Origin: Clostridiales bacterium
Lineage (GTDB): Bacteria; Bacillota; Clostridia; Lachnospirales; JAQSXR01
NCBI GenBank assembly: GCA_029256575.1
Contig: JAQSXR010000002.1
Location: 8,272-72,271, forward strand
Length of the DNA stretch: 64,000 nt
Direction: 5' to 3'
The notes beneath the pieces are model-generated. The model had not been told where the DNA came from. It saw nothing but the letters and a program-made list of their open reading frames with translations, and did not search any database. Below are positions 1 through 11,672 of this stretch, piece after piece. Made by a program: the position numbers and the translations under genes. Every line of letters begins with the position of its first letter. Positions within the stretch are counted from its first letter, which is position 1.

Positions 1-363
1 CGTTTTCGTCAAAAGCTCAGATTTAATTAGCTTAATTAGTGCCCCCCTAATACTATCCTTTTTTCGTCAAAAGCTCTGGTTTAATTAGCTTAATTAGTGC
101 CCCTTCATACTTTCCCGTTTTCATCAAAAGCTCGGGTTTAATTAGCTTAATTAGTGCCCCTTCATACATTCCCGTTTTCATCAAAAGCTCGGGTTTAATT
201 AGCTTAATTAGTGCCCCTTCATACATTCCCGTTTTCATCAAAAGCTCGGGTTAGTTAAGCTTAATTAGTGCCCCTTCATACTTTCCCGTTTTCGTCAAAA
301 GCTCAGGTTTAATTAGCTTAATTAGTGCCCCTCATATATTCCCGTTTTCGTCAAAAGCTCGGG
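1..363. repeat. Tandem array of 56-58 bp units (6 full copies plus a partial 7th), truncated by the window edge
   Basis: Units start near 1, 59, 116, 173, 230, 287 and 343. Shared core is CGTTTTC(A/G)TCAAAAGCTC(G/A)GGTTTAATTAGCTTAATTAGTGCCCCTTCATAC. Copies at 116 and 173 are identical. Confidence 0.9.
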
Positions 364-490
364 ATAAGTATTTGTATATGTTTTTCCTTTGAATACATAA
401 TCTTGAGATTTGTACGTGAATAGCAGATGTTCTTTATCTGATAGTCACGAACAAATCTCAAGATTGTGGAGGCAAGAGAAAAACATTCAA
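364..490. repeat. Unique central core containing a nested inverted repeat (apex near 432)
   Basis: AATCTTGAGATTTGTACGTGA (399-419) matches the reverse complement of 445-465 at 20 of 21 positions. Outer segments 361-386 and 467-490 are also roughly reverse-complementary. Confidence 0.85.
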
Positions 491-660
491 ATCTATCCCG
501 AGCTTTCGAGAAAACTAAACTAATTTATCTGGGGCACTTCACTCGTTAATCTATCCTGAGCTTTCGAGAAAACTAAGTCAATTTATCTGGGGCACTTCAC
601 TGTTTAATTATCGCACATTATTGATGAAAACCGACTAATTTATCTGGGGCACTTCACACA
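491..660. repeat. Three diverged copies of the same ~57-bp unit in inverted orientation relative to 1-363
   Basis: Units start at 491, 549 and 607. They carry CCCGAGCTTTCGAGAAAAC and GGGGCACT blocks, which are the reverse complement of the GTTTTC.TCAAAAGCTCGGG and AGTGCCCC blocks of the left arm. Confidence 0.8.
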
Positions 661-661
661 A

Positions 662-1798
662 TTAAGACAATCTATTTTTGAAATCTTCATATCCAAACTT
701 TTTAATGATTTTTATACCCTCTTCTTCATTAAACAAAGCAATTGATGGAAGATTAATTCCATTAAAGGTATTATTCTTTACCATTGTATAATGACCCATA
801 TCACAAAACACAAGATTATCTCCAGGTTTCAATGGTTGTTTAAAGGAATAGTCCCCTATAACATCACCAGCAAGGCAAGTAGGCCCTCCTAATCGATAGG
901 TATACTCATATTCACCAGGATTTGCTGAATCAATTATATGTGGTCGATATGGCATTTCTAGAACATCTGGCATATGACAAGCTGCAGAAGTATCTAAAAT
1001 TGCAAGTTCCATTCCGTTATTTATTATATCTAATACTTTAGATACCAAATAACCTGTGTTTAATGCTACTGCTTCACCTGGTTCTATATAAACTTCTACA
1101 TTATATTTATTCTTTATAAACATAATAGATTTTATTAAAGTTTCGATATCATAATCTGGCCTAGTAATATGGTGACCACCACCAAAATTAATCCATTTCA
1201 TTTTGCTCATATACTTACCAAACTTTTCATCCAGAACTTTAATCGTTCTTTCTAGCACATCAGAGTTTTGTTCACACATCGTGTGAAAATGCAGTCCTTC
1301 AATTCCCTCTAATTCATCTTCCTTGAAATTCGCGAGTGTGACTCCTAATCGAGAATTCTCAAAACAAGGATTATAAATATCAGTTTCAATCTCAGAGTAT
1401 TCTGGATTAACTCGAATACCACAACTTACACTTTTTCCACTAGCAACTACTTTGTTTTTATACTTTTTCCACTGACTAAAAGAATTAAAAACAATATGAT
1501 CACAGATACTAATTATCTCATCTATTTCATGTTCTTGGTAAGCTGGTGCAAATATATGTGTTTCTTTTCCCATTTCTTCTTTACCCAATTTTGCCTCAAA
1601 TAAAGAACTTGCCGTTGTTCCACTTAAATATTTCCCAATCAACGGATACGTTGAATACATTGAAAATGCTTTTTGTGCAAGAAGGACATGACATCCAGTT
1701 CTATCTGATACAGATTTAAGTAGATCAAGATTTTTTATTAATAATCTTTCATCTACAATATAGCTTGGTGTTGGTACTGCATTAAAGTCTAAATTCAT
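662..1798 (-). CDS. nspC: Carboxynorspermidine/carboxyspermidine decarboxylase
   Basis: 378-aa ORF with the NspC-type N-terminus (PTPSYIVDE) and the NFGGGHH and EPGEA motifs of PLP fold-type III decarboxylases. It sits next to the partner dehydrogenase gene. Confidence 0.85.
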   Translation of the reverse strand: MNLDFNAVPTPSYIVDERLLIKNLDLLKSVSDRTGCHVLLAQKAFSMYSTYPLIGKYLSGTTASSLFEAKLGKEEMGKETHIFAPAYQEHEIDEIISICDHIVFNSFSQWKKYKNKVVASGKSVSCGIRVNPEYSEIETDIYNPCFENSRLGVTLANFKEDELEGIEGLHFHTMCEQNSDVLERTIKVLDEKFGKYMSKMKWINFGGGHHITRPDYDIETLIKSIMFIKNKYNVEVYIEPGEAVALNTGYLVSKVLDIINNGMELAILDTSAACHMPDVLEMPYRPHIIDSANPGEYEYTYRLGGPTCLAGDVIGDYSFKQPLKPGDNLVFCDMGHYTMVKNNTFNGINLPSIALFNEEEGIKIIKKFGYEDFKNRLS

Positions 1799-1930
1799 AA
1801 TTATTACATAGTCAATACAAAGCTTTGACTATGCTGCCCTCCTTTCTATCTAAAATAATAATTTCTATCGTTTATATTGTATCAATTATTTTATTGTTTA
1901 TATTATTCTATTGATTCAATTATTCTATAA

Positions 1931-3130
1931 CTAATCAACTAACTCTGGTGAAAAACTTTCTTTCCAAGGTAAGCCAAATTTATTTAATGCATCCATAAAT
2001 GGATCTGGATCAAACTCTTCGATATTAAATACGCCTGGTTTCTTCCACTTTCCTGTCATGACCATCATCGCACCGATCATTGCAGGAACTCCTGTTGTGT
2101 ATGAAATAGCTTGAGAACCTACCTCTTTATAACATTCTTCATGATCACAAACATTATAAACATAATATGTTTTTTCTACACCATCTTTAACTCCTTGGAA
2201 TATACAACCAATATTTGTTTTGCCTTTTGTTCTAGGTCCAAGAGAAGCAGGGTCTGGCAATATAGCTTTTAAAAATTGTAGTGGCACTATTTGCTTACCA
2301 TCATATTCAATTGGCTCTATCGAGGTCATACCAACATTTTCTAGTACTCTCAAATGAGTTATATATCTTTCAGAGAAAGTCATCCAGAATCTAATCTTCT
2401 TAATTCCTTTTATGTTTAGTGCTAAAGACTCTAATTCTTCGTGGTGTAAAAGATACATATCTTTATCACCAATTTCAGGAAAATTATATACTCTCTTAAC
2501 TGACAATGGTTCTGTTTCAATAAATTCGCCATTTTCAAAATAGCTACCATTTGCTGTTATTTCACGAATATTAATTTCTGGATTAAAGTTTGTTGCAAAA
2601 GGATATCCATGATCTCCTGCGTTTGCATCCAAAATATCAATAGAATGTATTTCATCAAAATAGTGTTTCATTGCATACGCAGAGAATACACCTGTAACAC
2701 CTGGGTCAAAACCGCTACCAAGGAGTGCAGTAATACCTGCCTTTTCAAATCTTTCTTTGTAATCCCATTGCCATTTATATTCAAACTTGGCATTATCTAG
2801 TGGTTCATAATTTGCTGTATCAACATAATCAACTTTAGTTGCAAGACATGCATCCATAATTGTTAAATCTTGATATGGCAATGCAACATTAATAACAATA
2901 TCAGGTTTAAAACTATTTATTAAGTCTATAACTTCATTTGTATTATCCGCATCAACTTTTGCAGTTGTAATTATTGTTTTACCGCCTTCTAATTCTTTCT
3001 TTAATGCATCACATTTCGATAATGTTCTACTAGCGATACATATTTCTTCAAATACTTCAAAGTTCTGACAACATTTATGAACCACAACGCTTGCAACTCC
3101 TCCAGCGCCTATAACCAATGCTTTACCCAT
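1931..3130 (-). CDS. Carboxynorspermidine synthase (saccharopine dehydrogenase family)
   Basis: 399-aa ORF with an N-terminal Rossmann motif (VIGAGGVA). Length and sequence pattern fit CANSDH enzymes, and the gene is paired with nspC. Confidence 0.8.
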   Translation of the reverse strand: MGKALVIGAGGVASVVVHKCCQNFEVFEEICIASRTLSKCDALKKELEGGKTIITTAKVDADNTNEVIDLINSFKPDIVINVALPYQDLTIMDACLATKVDYVDTANYEPLDNAKFEYKWQWDYKERFEKAGITALLGSGFDPGVTGVFSAYAMKHYFDEIHSIDILDANAGDHGYPFATNFNPEINIREITANGSYFENGEFIETEPLSVKRVYNFPEIGDKDMYLLHHEELESLALNIKGIKKIRFWMTFSERYITHLRVLENVGMTSIEPIEYDGKQIVPLQFLKAILPDPASLGPRTKGKTNIGCIFQGVKDGVEKTYYVYNVCDHEECYKEVGSQAISYTTGVPAMIGAMMVMTGKWKKPGVFNIEEFDPDPFMDALNKFGLPWKESFSPELVD

Positions 3131-3293
3131 TTTTAAGTCCTCCGTATAAGTGATTTTATATTTTGTTCCTGAATTTCAGAATGAAACAGGTTAATTATAC
3201 GAAAAAGTTGAACTTTTTGCAAGGACTTTTTTTACTTTTAATAAACTTTAAGTTTAGTATTTATGTTATTTTTAGGTCGTTTTATGTAAAAAC

Positions 3294-3330
3294 AAAAAAA
3301 ATAGGACACATAAAGTGCCCTATTTTTTAT
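3294..3330 (-). terminator. Rho-independent terminator downstream of PFOR
   Basis: A 9-bp stem (3301-3309 / 3315-3323, one G-U pair on the minus transcript) is followed on the minus strand by a T-run. Confidence 0.7.
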
Positions 3331-3337
3331 TTAACTA

Positions 3338-6862
<3,525 letters not shown>

Positions 6863-6893
6863 TTAATTTCCTCCTATAGATGTTATGTTTGTC

Positions 6894-7088
6894 CTATAGT
6901 TTACTACCATTGTCTACCCAATCTTTAGCATTAGCCACATTTTCCTCTGAAGGAACTGTAACTTCTGAATGTGATTTAATTTTATCTACATCACTCCATG
7001 CCGCACTGTATTCACAATTAGTAGATTCTTTACTATTTAGACGTTTGTTTTTGTCACCCGAAAGTGGTTTTGGTTTAGAAAATTTCAT
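6894..7088 (-). CDS. Small hypothetical protein (64 aa), possibly DUF3787-like
   Basis: Internal ATG at 7088 is preceded by AAAGGATGA, and the ORF ends 32 nt before the PFOR start, so it is probably co-transcribed. The family assignment is from memory only. Confidence 0.4.
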   Translation of the reverse strand: MKFSKPKPLSGDKNKRLNSKESTNCEYSAAWSDVDKIKSHSEVTVPSEENVANAKDWVDNGSKL

Positions 7089-7326
7089 ATGATCATCCTT
7101 TGCATAATATTTTACAATATATCTTTTCCTATTATGTAAGCAATATACAAAGTTCGTCAAAAAAAAATTCTATGTCTTTACATTATATCTCATGTATACA
7201 AAAAACAAAAGTTCTAAATTAAATACTTTGTACAAAATTATATAATAAAAATCAAAATATCCGGTTTTATTTTAATATTTGATTCGAAAATTTAAAGATA
7301 GTTAAAAACAAAACCGGAAGCTAATA

Positions 7327-7941
7327 TTATTGTTTAAAGCATAAATACCAGTCAAGGCAATTATTTGAACTTCTTTCTCTCTCTAATAATTCATCATAAG
7401 TTGTTGGTGCAGGTAATACCGTTGGTAAACCTGGCAACCAGTTTGCTGGGGTTGCTACTTTTTCTCGGTCTGCAATTTGCAATGCGTCTATGCAACGAAT
7501 TATCTCATTAATGTTCCTACCTACATTAAGTGGATATACAAGAATTAATCTTATAATTTGATTTGGGTCAATGATATAAACATTTCTTACTGTTTTTGTT
7601 GTCGATGCATATTCAGATATCATGTCATAATCTCTTGCAACTCTCATACTTAAGTCATCTATTATCGGAAAAGGAATCCTTATTCCTGTATGATCTTCTA
7701 TATTTTTTACCCATGCTAAATGAGACGGATTACCATCTACACTTAATCCTATTAAATTTATTCCTCTATTGATAAATTCCTCATAGCATTGTGCAAATGC
7801 AATGAATTCAGTCGTACATACCGGAGTAAAGTCTCCCGGATGGCTAAATAAAACTAACCATTTCCCTGCATAATCATTTAATTTTATTCTTCCCATTGTA
7901 GTAATTGCATCGAATTCAGGTGCTTTCATCCCTATTTGCAT
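7327..7941 (-). CDS. Peroxiredoxin (AhpC/TSA family, Prx6-like)
   Basis: Carries the peroxidatic Cys motif FTPVCTTEF. The start was chosen at MQIGMKAPEF, behind the AGGAGA RBS. Confidence 0.85.
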   Translation of the reverse strand: MQIGMKAPEFDAITTMGRIKLNDYAGKWLVLFSHPGDFTPVCTTEFIAFAQCYEEFINRGINLIGLSVDGNPSHLAWVKNIEDHTGIRIPFPIIDDLSMRVARDYDMISEYASTTKTVRNVYIIDPNQIIRLILVYPLNVGRNINEIIRCIDALQIADREKVATPANWLPGLPTVLPAPTTYDELLERERSSNNCLDWYLCFKQ

Positions 7942-8372
7942 ACGAATTCTCCTCATGCATTATTTGTATATCATATGCATTTTAATATTAATAGTGTTAT
8001 TTGTGAACGCAAAAAAAATTCTACTTACACTCGCACAATGTAAATAGAACTTTTTTTTACATACAACCTCTTCAAAATTAGTATATCCTCCCCTGATATT
8101 CCAATAAGTCTAGCTATAATTTATCCGCTCAAATACTTTTTGCCTGACTGGAAGCTTCTACTTGTATGTTATTTTATATAATTCATACTCCTTATTAAAT
8201 TTAACATTTTTTAAATAGTATCACAACCAAATATGTCTGAACGGCTATTTATCGTGTACAAGATGCAATTTGTACTATTTAATCACGTAAGAAATCTGCT
8301 TGTACCGTCTTCAATTTACTTCCTATTCCTTCATGTTACGATGAATATATAACCAATTAGGGGTGTTGTGCC

Positions 8373-8957
8373 ATGAATACATTGATAATTAATAAATTAT
8401 ACGGTTTTTTTACAACTACTAACGAGTTAGACGATTTAGAAAAGGTTAAATTGCAATATATGTTAACCATTGTTGTTAACGAAATACTTAAATTGGTGGC
8501 AATGCTAATATTTTTTGGATCTATAGATAAGTTATTCAACTTTCTAATTTGCTTCATTACATTAACTCTTATACGTAATTTTTCAGGTGGTCTTCATATA
8601 AAAAGTTTTTTTGGTTGTCTATTTTTTACTTGTTCATTTTTTTTAGCAAGTATATACATACCTGCATTAATACCAATCAATTATATGGGTTACATTATCC
8701 TTTATATTTTCTCACTCACCACAATGGCACTTATTGCTCCAAAGCCTTCAAAACAACGCGGTGAATATTCATCATATCAAAAACAGAAATTCAAATTAAA
8801 AAGTATGATAACAGCAACTTTCTGCTTTCTAATTTTACTTTTTAAAATGAATAACCCATATCTCATAAATAATATATGGGTTATCGTCTTTCAGTCAATA
8901 CAACTTTTACTAAGTGAAGGGAGGGATAGATATGAAAACATTAAAAAAACTATTTAA
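8373..8957 (+). CDS. agrB: Accessory gene regulator protein B (AgrD-processing membrane peptidase)
   Basis: 194-aa polytopic membrane protein with an AgrB-like pattern (RNFSGGLH, multiple TM segments). It is followed immediately by an AgrD-like peptide gene. Confidence 0.8.
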   Translation: MNTLIINKLYGFFTTTNELDDLEKVKLQYMLTIVVNEILKLVAMLIFFGSIDKLFNFLICFITLTLIRNFSGGLHIKSFFGCLFFTCSFFLASIYIPALIPINYMGYIILYIFSLTTMALIAPKPSKQRGEYSSYQKQKFKLKSMITATFCFLILLFKMNNPYLINNIWVIVFQSIQLLLSEGRDRYENIKKTI

Positions 8958-9084
8958 CAAACCATCACATTGGGTTTGCGGAGCTCTTATTTCTTCAGCA
9001 CCTATTTTATTACTTGATGGCGTGTGTTTGATTTTCTGGGGTGAACCAGAATGTCCAGATTGTTTAAAACAAGAAATTAAATAA
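8932..9084 (+). CDS. agrD: Autoinducing peptide precursor AgrD (50 aa; absent from the ORF track)
   Basis: RBS GGGAGGG lies 6 nt before the ATG at 8932. Translation is MKTLKKLFNKPSHWVCGALISSAPILLLDGVCLIFWGEPECPDCLKQEIK: an amphipathic leader, then Cys plus 4 residues, then an acidic Pro-containing tail, as in AgrD. Confidence 0.7.
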   Translation: MKTLKKLFNKPSHWVCGALISSAPILLLDGVCLIFWGEPECPDCLKQEIK

Positions 9085-9085
9085 T

Positions 9086-10360
9086 CTAGTTTAGCAAAAC
9101 CTTAACAACAACATAATTTTCATCTAAGTTTTCATTAAATACTTCGATTTTTCCTTCGTTACTATTTATTAAACGTTGTAGGTTAAACAATCCATAACCA
9201 CGTTTTTCTTTTGACTTAGTTGAAAAACCCTTTTTGAACATATTATTAATAATTTCATCTTTAAGATATGGATGTCTATTTTTCACCTCAATAGAATTCA
9301 TATCTTTCTCTTTGCCAACTTGTAAAATTACATGTTTTTCTGGTAAATCAGCTATTGCCTCAAATGCATTATTAATTAAAACCCCAGCTATTTCGATTAA
9401 TTGGTAATCTTTTAATACTGTATCAATAAAATACGTATCTAGTATTACATCAAATTCGATTCCTTTTTGTTCTGCTTCTTTCTTCTTACTATAAATAAAA
9501 CCACTAAATATTTTATTGTTGAATTTTATTAAGGAATTCCATTTATTTTTCTCGAAAATATCACTCGTGTATTCTTTCACTAAATCCGAAATTTCGTCAT
9601 CTTCTGTTCGTATTTCTTCAATCATTTTTAATGCTTGAATGTGATTATCAAATTCGTGCTGCCTTGCTCTTATATCATCAATTAATTGTTCTACTACTGG
9701 TATGTAGGTCTTATAAATATTTAATTCTTGCTCTTCAAATTTGTCTTTCCATCCTTTACTCAGTAGAACTCCATTAATAAATGCAACCATTGTTGAAAGC
9801 ATTAATATACTAAGCAGATTTTTTGTCATACCATGTATATCCATATTCCAATAAATAGCGACAAATAAAATGAGTGCATAACCATTTGCTATCAAAAATC
9901 TCACAATTTTATTCTTAGTTCTTATGAATCTATAAATCAGTTCAAATGGTGTATATAGGGATACAATAGCTATTAAGACTAATCCTGCTGACTGCGCAAC
10001 GATTCCGTATGAAAATGTCATTTCAATCTTTCCCATTACTAGTTTAATAATAGTAATAATTACGAGTTGTACACAAGTCACTATTATCAAGTTAATAAAA
10101 TAAATAAAACTAGTTTCAATGATCGGTCTTCGATACAATATAATTAACATAAAACAAGCTAAAATGGTATTTAATAATAAACCAATAATTTTATTAGGAG
10201 TATGTACACCACTAATCCCTAACAAGATTGCAAATATTGGTATAACTATAATTATTTTTATTAATTTAGGTTTCTTTTCACTTTTTAAAATCCTATTCGC
10301 AACTAACACTAGCATGCAAATATCAAAACCGGACATCAAAGAAAGTTGCAATTGATTCAT
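9086..10360 (-). CDS. AgrC-like sensor histidine kinase (HPK10/GHKL, polytopic N-terminus)
   Basis: 424 aa with a multi-TM N-terminal half, H-box ARQHEFDNH, N-box NNAFEA and G-box GFSTK..RGYGL. Its start overlaps the upstream LytTR regulator stop (TAATG). Confidence 0.75.
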   Translation of the reverse strand: MNQLQLSLMSGFDICMLVLVANRILKSEKKPKLIKIIIVIPIFAILLGISGVHTPNKIIGLLLNTILACFMLIILYRRPIIETSFIYFINLIIVTCVQLVIITIIKLVMGKIEMTFSYGIVAQSAGLVLIAIVSLYTPFELIYRFIRTKNKIVRFLIANGYALILFVAIYWNMDIHGMTKNLLSILMLSTMVAFINGVLLSKGWKDKFEEQELNIYKTYIPVVEQLIDDIRARQHEFDNHIQALKMIEEIRTEDDEISDLVKEYTSDIFEKNKWNSLIKFNNKIFSGFIYSKKKEAEQKGIEFDVILDTYFIDTVLKDYQLIEIAGVLINNAFEAIADLPEKHVILQVGKEKDMNSIEVKNRHPYLKDEIINNMFKKGFSTKSKEKRGYGLFNLQRLINSNEGKIEVFNENLDENYVVVKVLLN

Positions 10361-11058
10361 TACAGCTCAACCCCTATCGTATTTTTATAAGTTCTTCCTA
10401 TCGGTATAATTGTATCGTTATCATATAAACTAATACTAGAGTCTTTTTTATTTATTTCTTTTATGTACTTCTTATTAACAATATAAGCTTTATGGATTTG
10501 AATAAAATCACATTCTAAATTGTCTAATACATCCTTCAAAGTTTTATTCGTACACTTTACTTCATCCTTTAAAGTAACAAAATATACACATCTGTTTCTA
10601 TACTCAATATATATAATATCAGCTAATTTGATTTTATTTGTATATCCTTTTTTTTCAATAGATATAAATGATTTTTCTTCCTCTTGGGAGCAATGCTTTA
10701 CTACTTTGTATATAGATTGCTTAACCATCTCTTTCGTAAATGGCTTAATAATGTAATCATAACAATGTATTTGCTTAAATGCTTCTAACTCTCTTGTAGG
10801 AACTGCAGTAATAAAAACAATTGGTGTAAATATATACTTATCTATCTTTCTAAGTTGTTTCGCAAGCTCTAATCCAGTATAATCGCTTAACTGTATATCC
10901 AAAAAGAAGGCATTTACATTATTCAGTTTGGAATATTCAAGAGCATCTTTGGCAAATTCAGTAGCATAGACTTCACTATTTATATCAATTTCTTTAACAA
11001 GGCGAACCAAACCTTCTCTTGTTGTTTTATTATCCTCAACAATTACAATCATTCCCAT
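10360..11058 (-). CDS. LytTR-family response regulator (AgrA-like)
   Basis: 232 aa with an N-terminal receiver domain (IVIVEDN ... FFLDIQLSD) and a C-terminal LytTR DNA-binding domain. Confidence 0.85.
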   Translation of the reverse strand: MGMIVIVEDNKTTREGLVRLVKEIDINSEVYATEFAKDALEYSKLNNVNAFFLDIQLSDYTGLELAKQLRKIDKYIFTPIVFITAVPTRELEAFKQIHCYDYIIKPFTKEMVKQSIYKVVKHCSQEEEKSFISIEKKGYTNKIKLADIIYIEYRNRCVYFVTLKDEVKCTNKTLKDVLDNLECDFIQIHKAYIVNKKYIKEINKKDSSISLYDNDTIIPIGRTYKNTIGVEL

Positions 11059-11149
11059 ATGTACTCTCCATTACATTTCTTCTGGTCAGTTATGTCCGTA
11101 AAGTTTGAATTACCCACGATTAATCGTGGGTATTCATTACCGTTATTAT

Positions 11150-11596
11150 TTAATCTCTTTTTAACAATTCTCTAAAAAGAATTAGAATGGAACCTAAAAA
11201 TATAAACATATCACCAATATTAAATACTACATTTCTTAAACCTTTAAAACTAAAATAATCAATTACATGCCCTCTTTTAAGTCTATCATATACATTGCTC
11301 ATCGCTCCAGCAGTAAGTAAACTAAGTCCTAGTTTCAGAACATTCTTTCCTTTACTTAGAAGAGTAAAAATATAAGTTACTGCTACTATAGCCAATAATA
11401 TTATTGATAACCCATGTAAAACAGCTGTTTTCCCTTCTAAAAATGATAAAAAGGCACCTTTATTATAGGTTTTTGTTTTAATAATATTTCCGTTAAATAT
11501 TTCCGTATCTTGACCTAATTCTGTATCTTGATCAATCTTATTTTTTAAATATTGATCTTCACCGCACAATAACATTGTTAATAAGAGATAAAACAT
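11150..11596 (-). CDS. lspA: Lipoprotein signal peptidase II
   Basis: 148 aa with the NKGAFLSF, SNVYDRL..GHVIDYF and FNIGDMFI motifs typical of LspA. Confidence 0.8.
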   Translation of the reverse strand: MFYLLLTMLLCGEDQYLKNKIDQDTELGQDTEIFNGNIIKTKTYNKGAFLSFLEGKTAVLHGLSIILLAIVAVTYIFTLLSKGKNVLKLGLSLLTAGAMSNVYDRLKRGHVIDYFSFKGLRNVVFNIGDMFIFLGSILILFRELLKRD

Positions 11597-11672
11597 TTGC
11601 TTCCTCCTTTTTAGAATACATACATCCTATTATGAATATAATACTTCTAAGTAATAAATAAGGCAAGAGAAT

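Noticed and set aside
53-241. 62-aa ORF with a 19-aa internal repeat (MKTGMYEGALIKLIKPELL)
   Set aside because: It is simply the 57-nt repeat read in frame. Flanking copies of 56 and 58 nt break the frame, and there is no RBS.
1-363. Possible CRISPR array, because of regularly spaced ~57-bp periodicity with GTTTTC-type motifs
   Set aside because: The whole 57-bp period is conserved between copies, so there are no unique spacers. There are also no cas genes nearby. This is a plain tandem repeat.
7957-8372. LytTR/AgrA-type direct-repeat boxes or an RNAIII-like effector in the 415-bp region upstream of agrB
   Set aside because: Only weak TTGTAC-containing repeats (about 8264-8315) were seen. 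Their spacing does not match the 9-bp/12-bp AgrA box layout. No convincing small ORF or structured RNA could be supported by eye.
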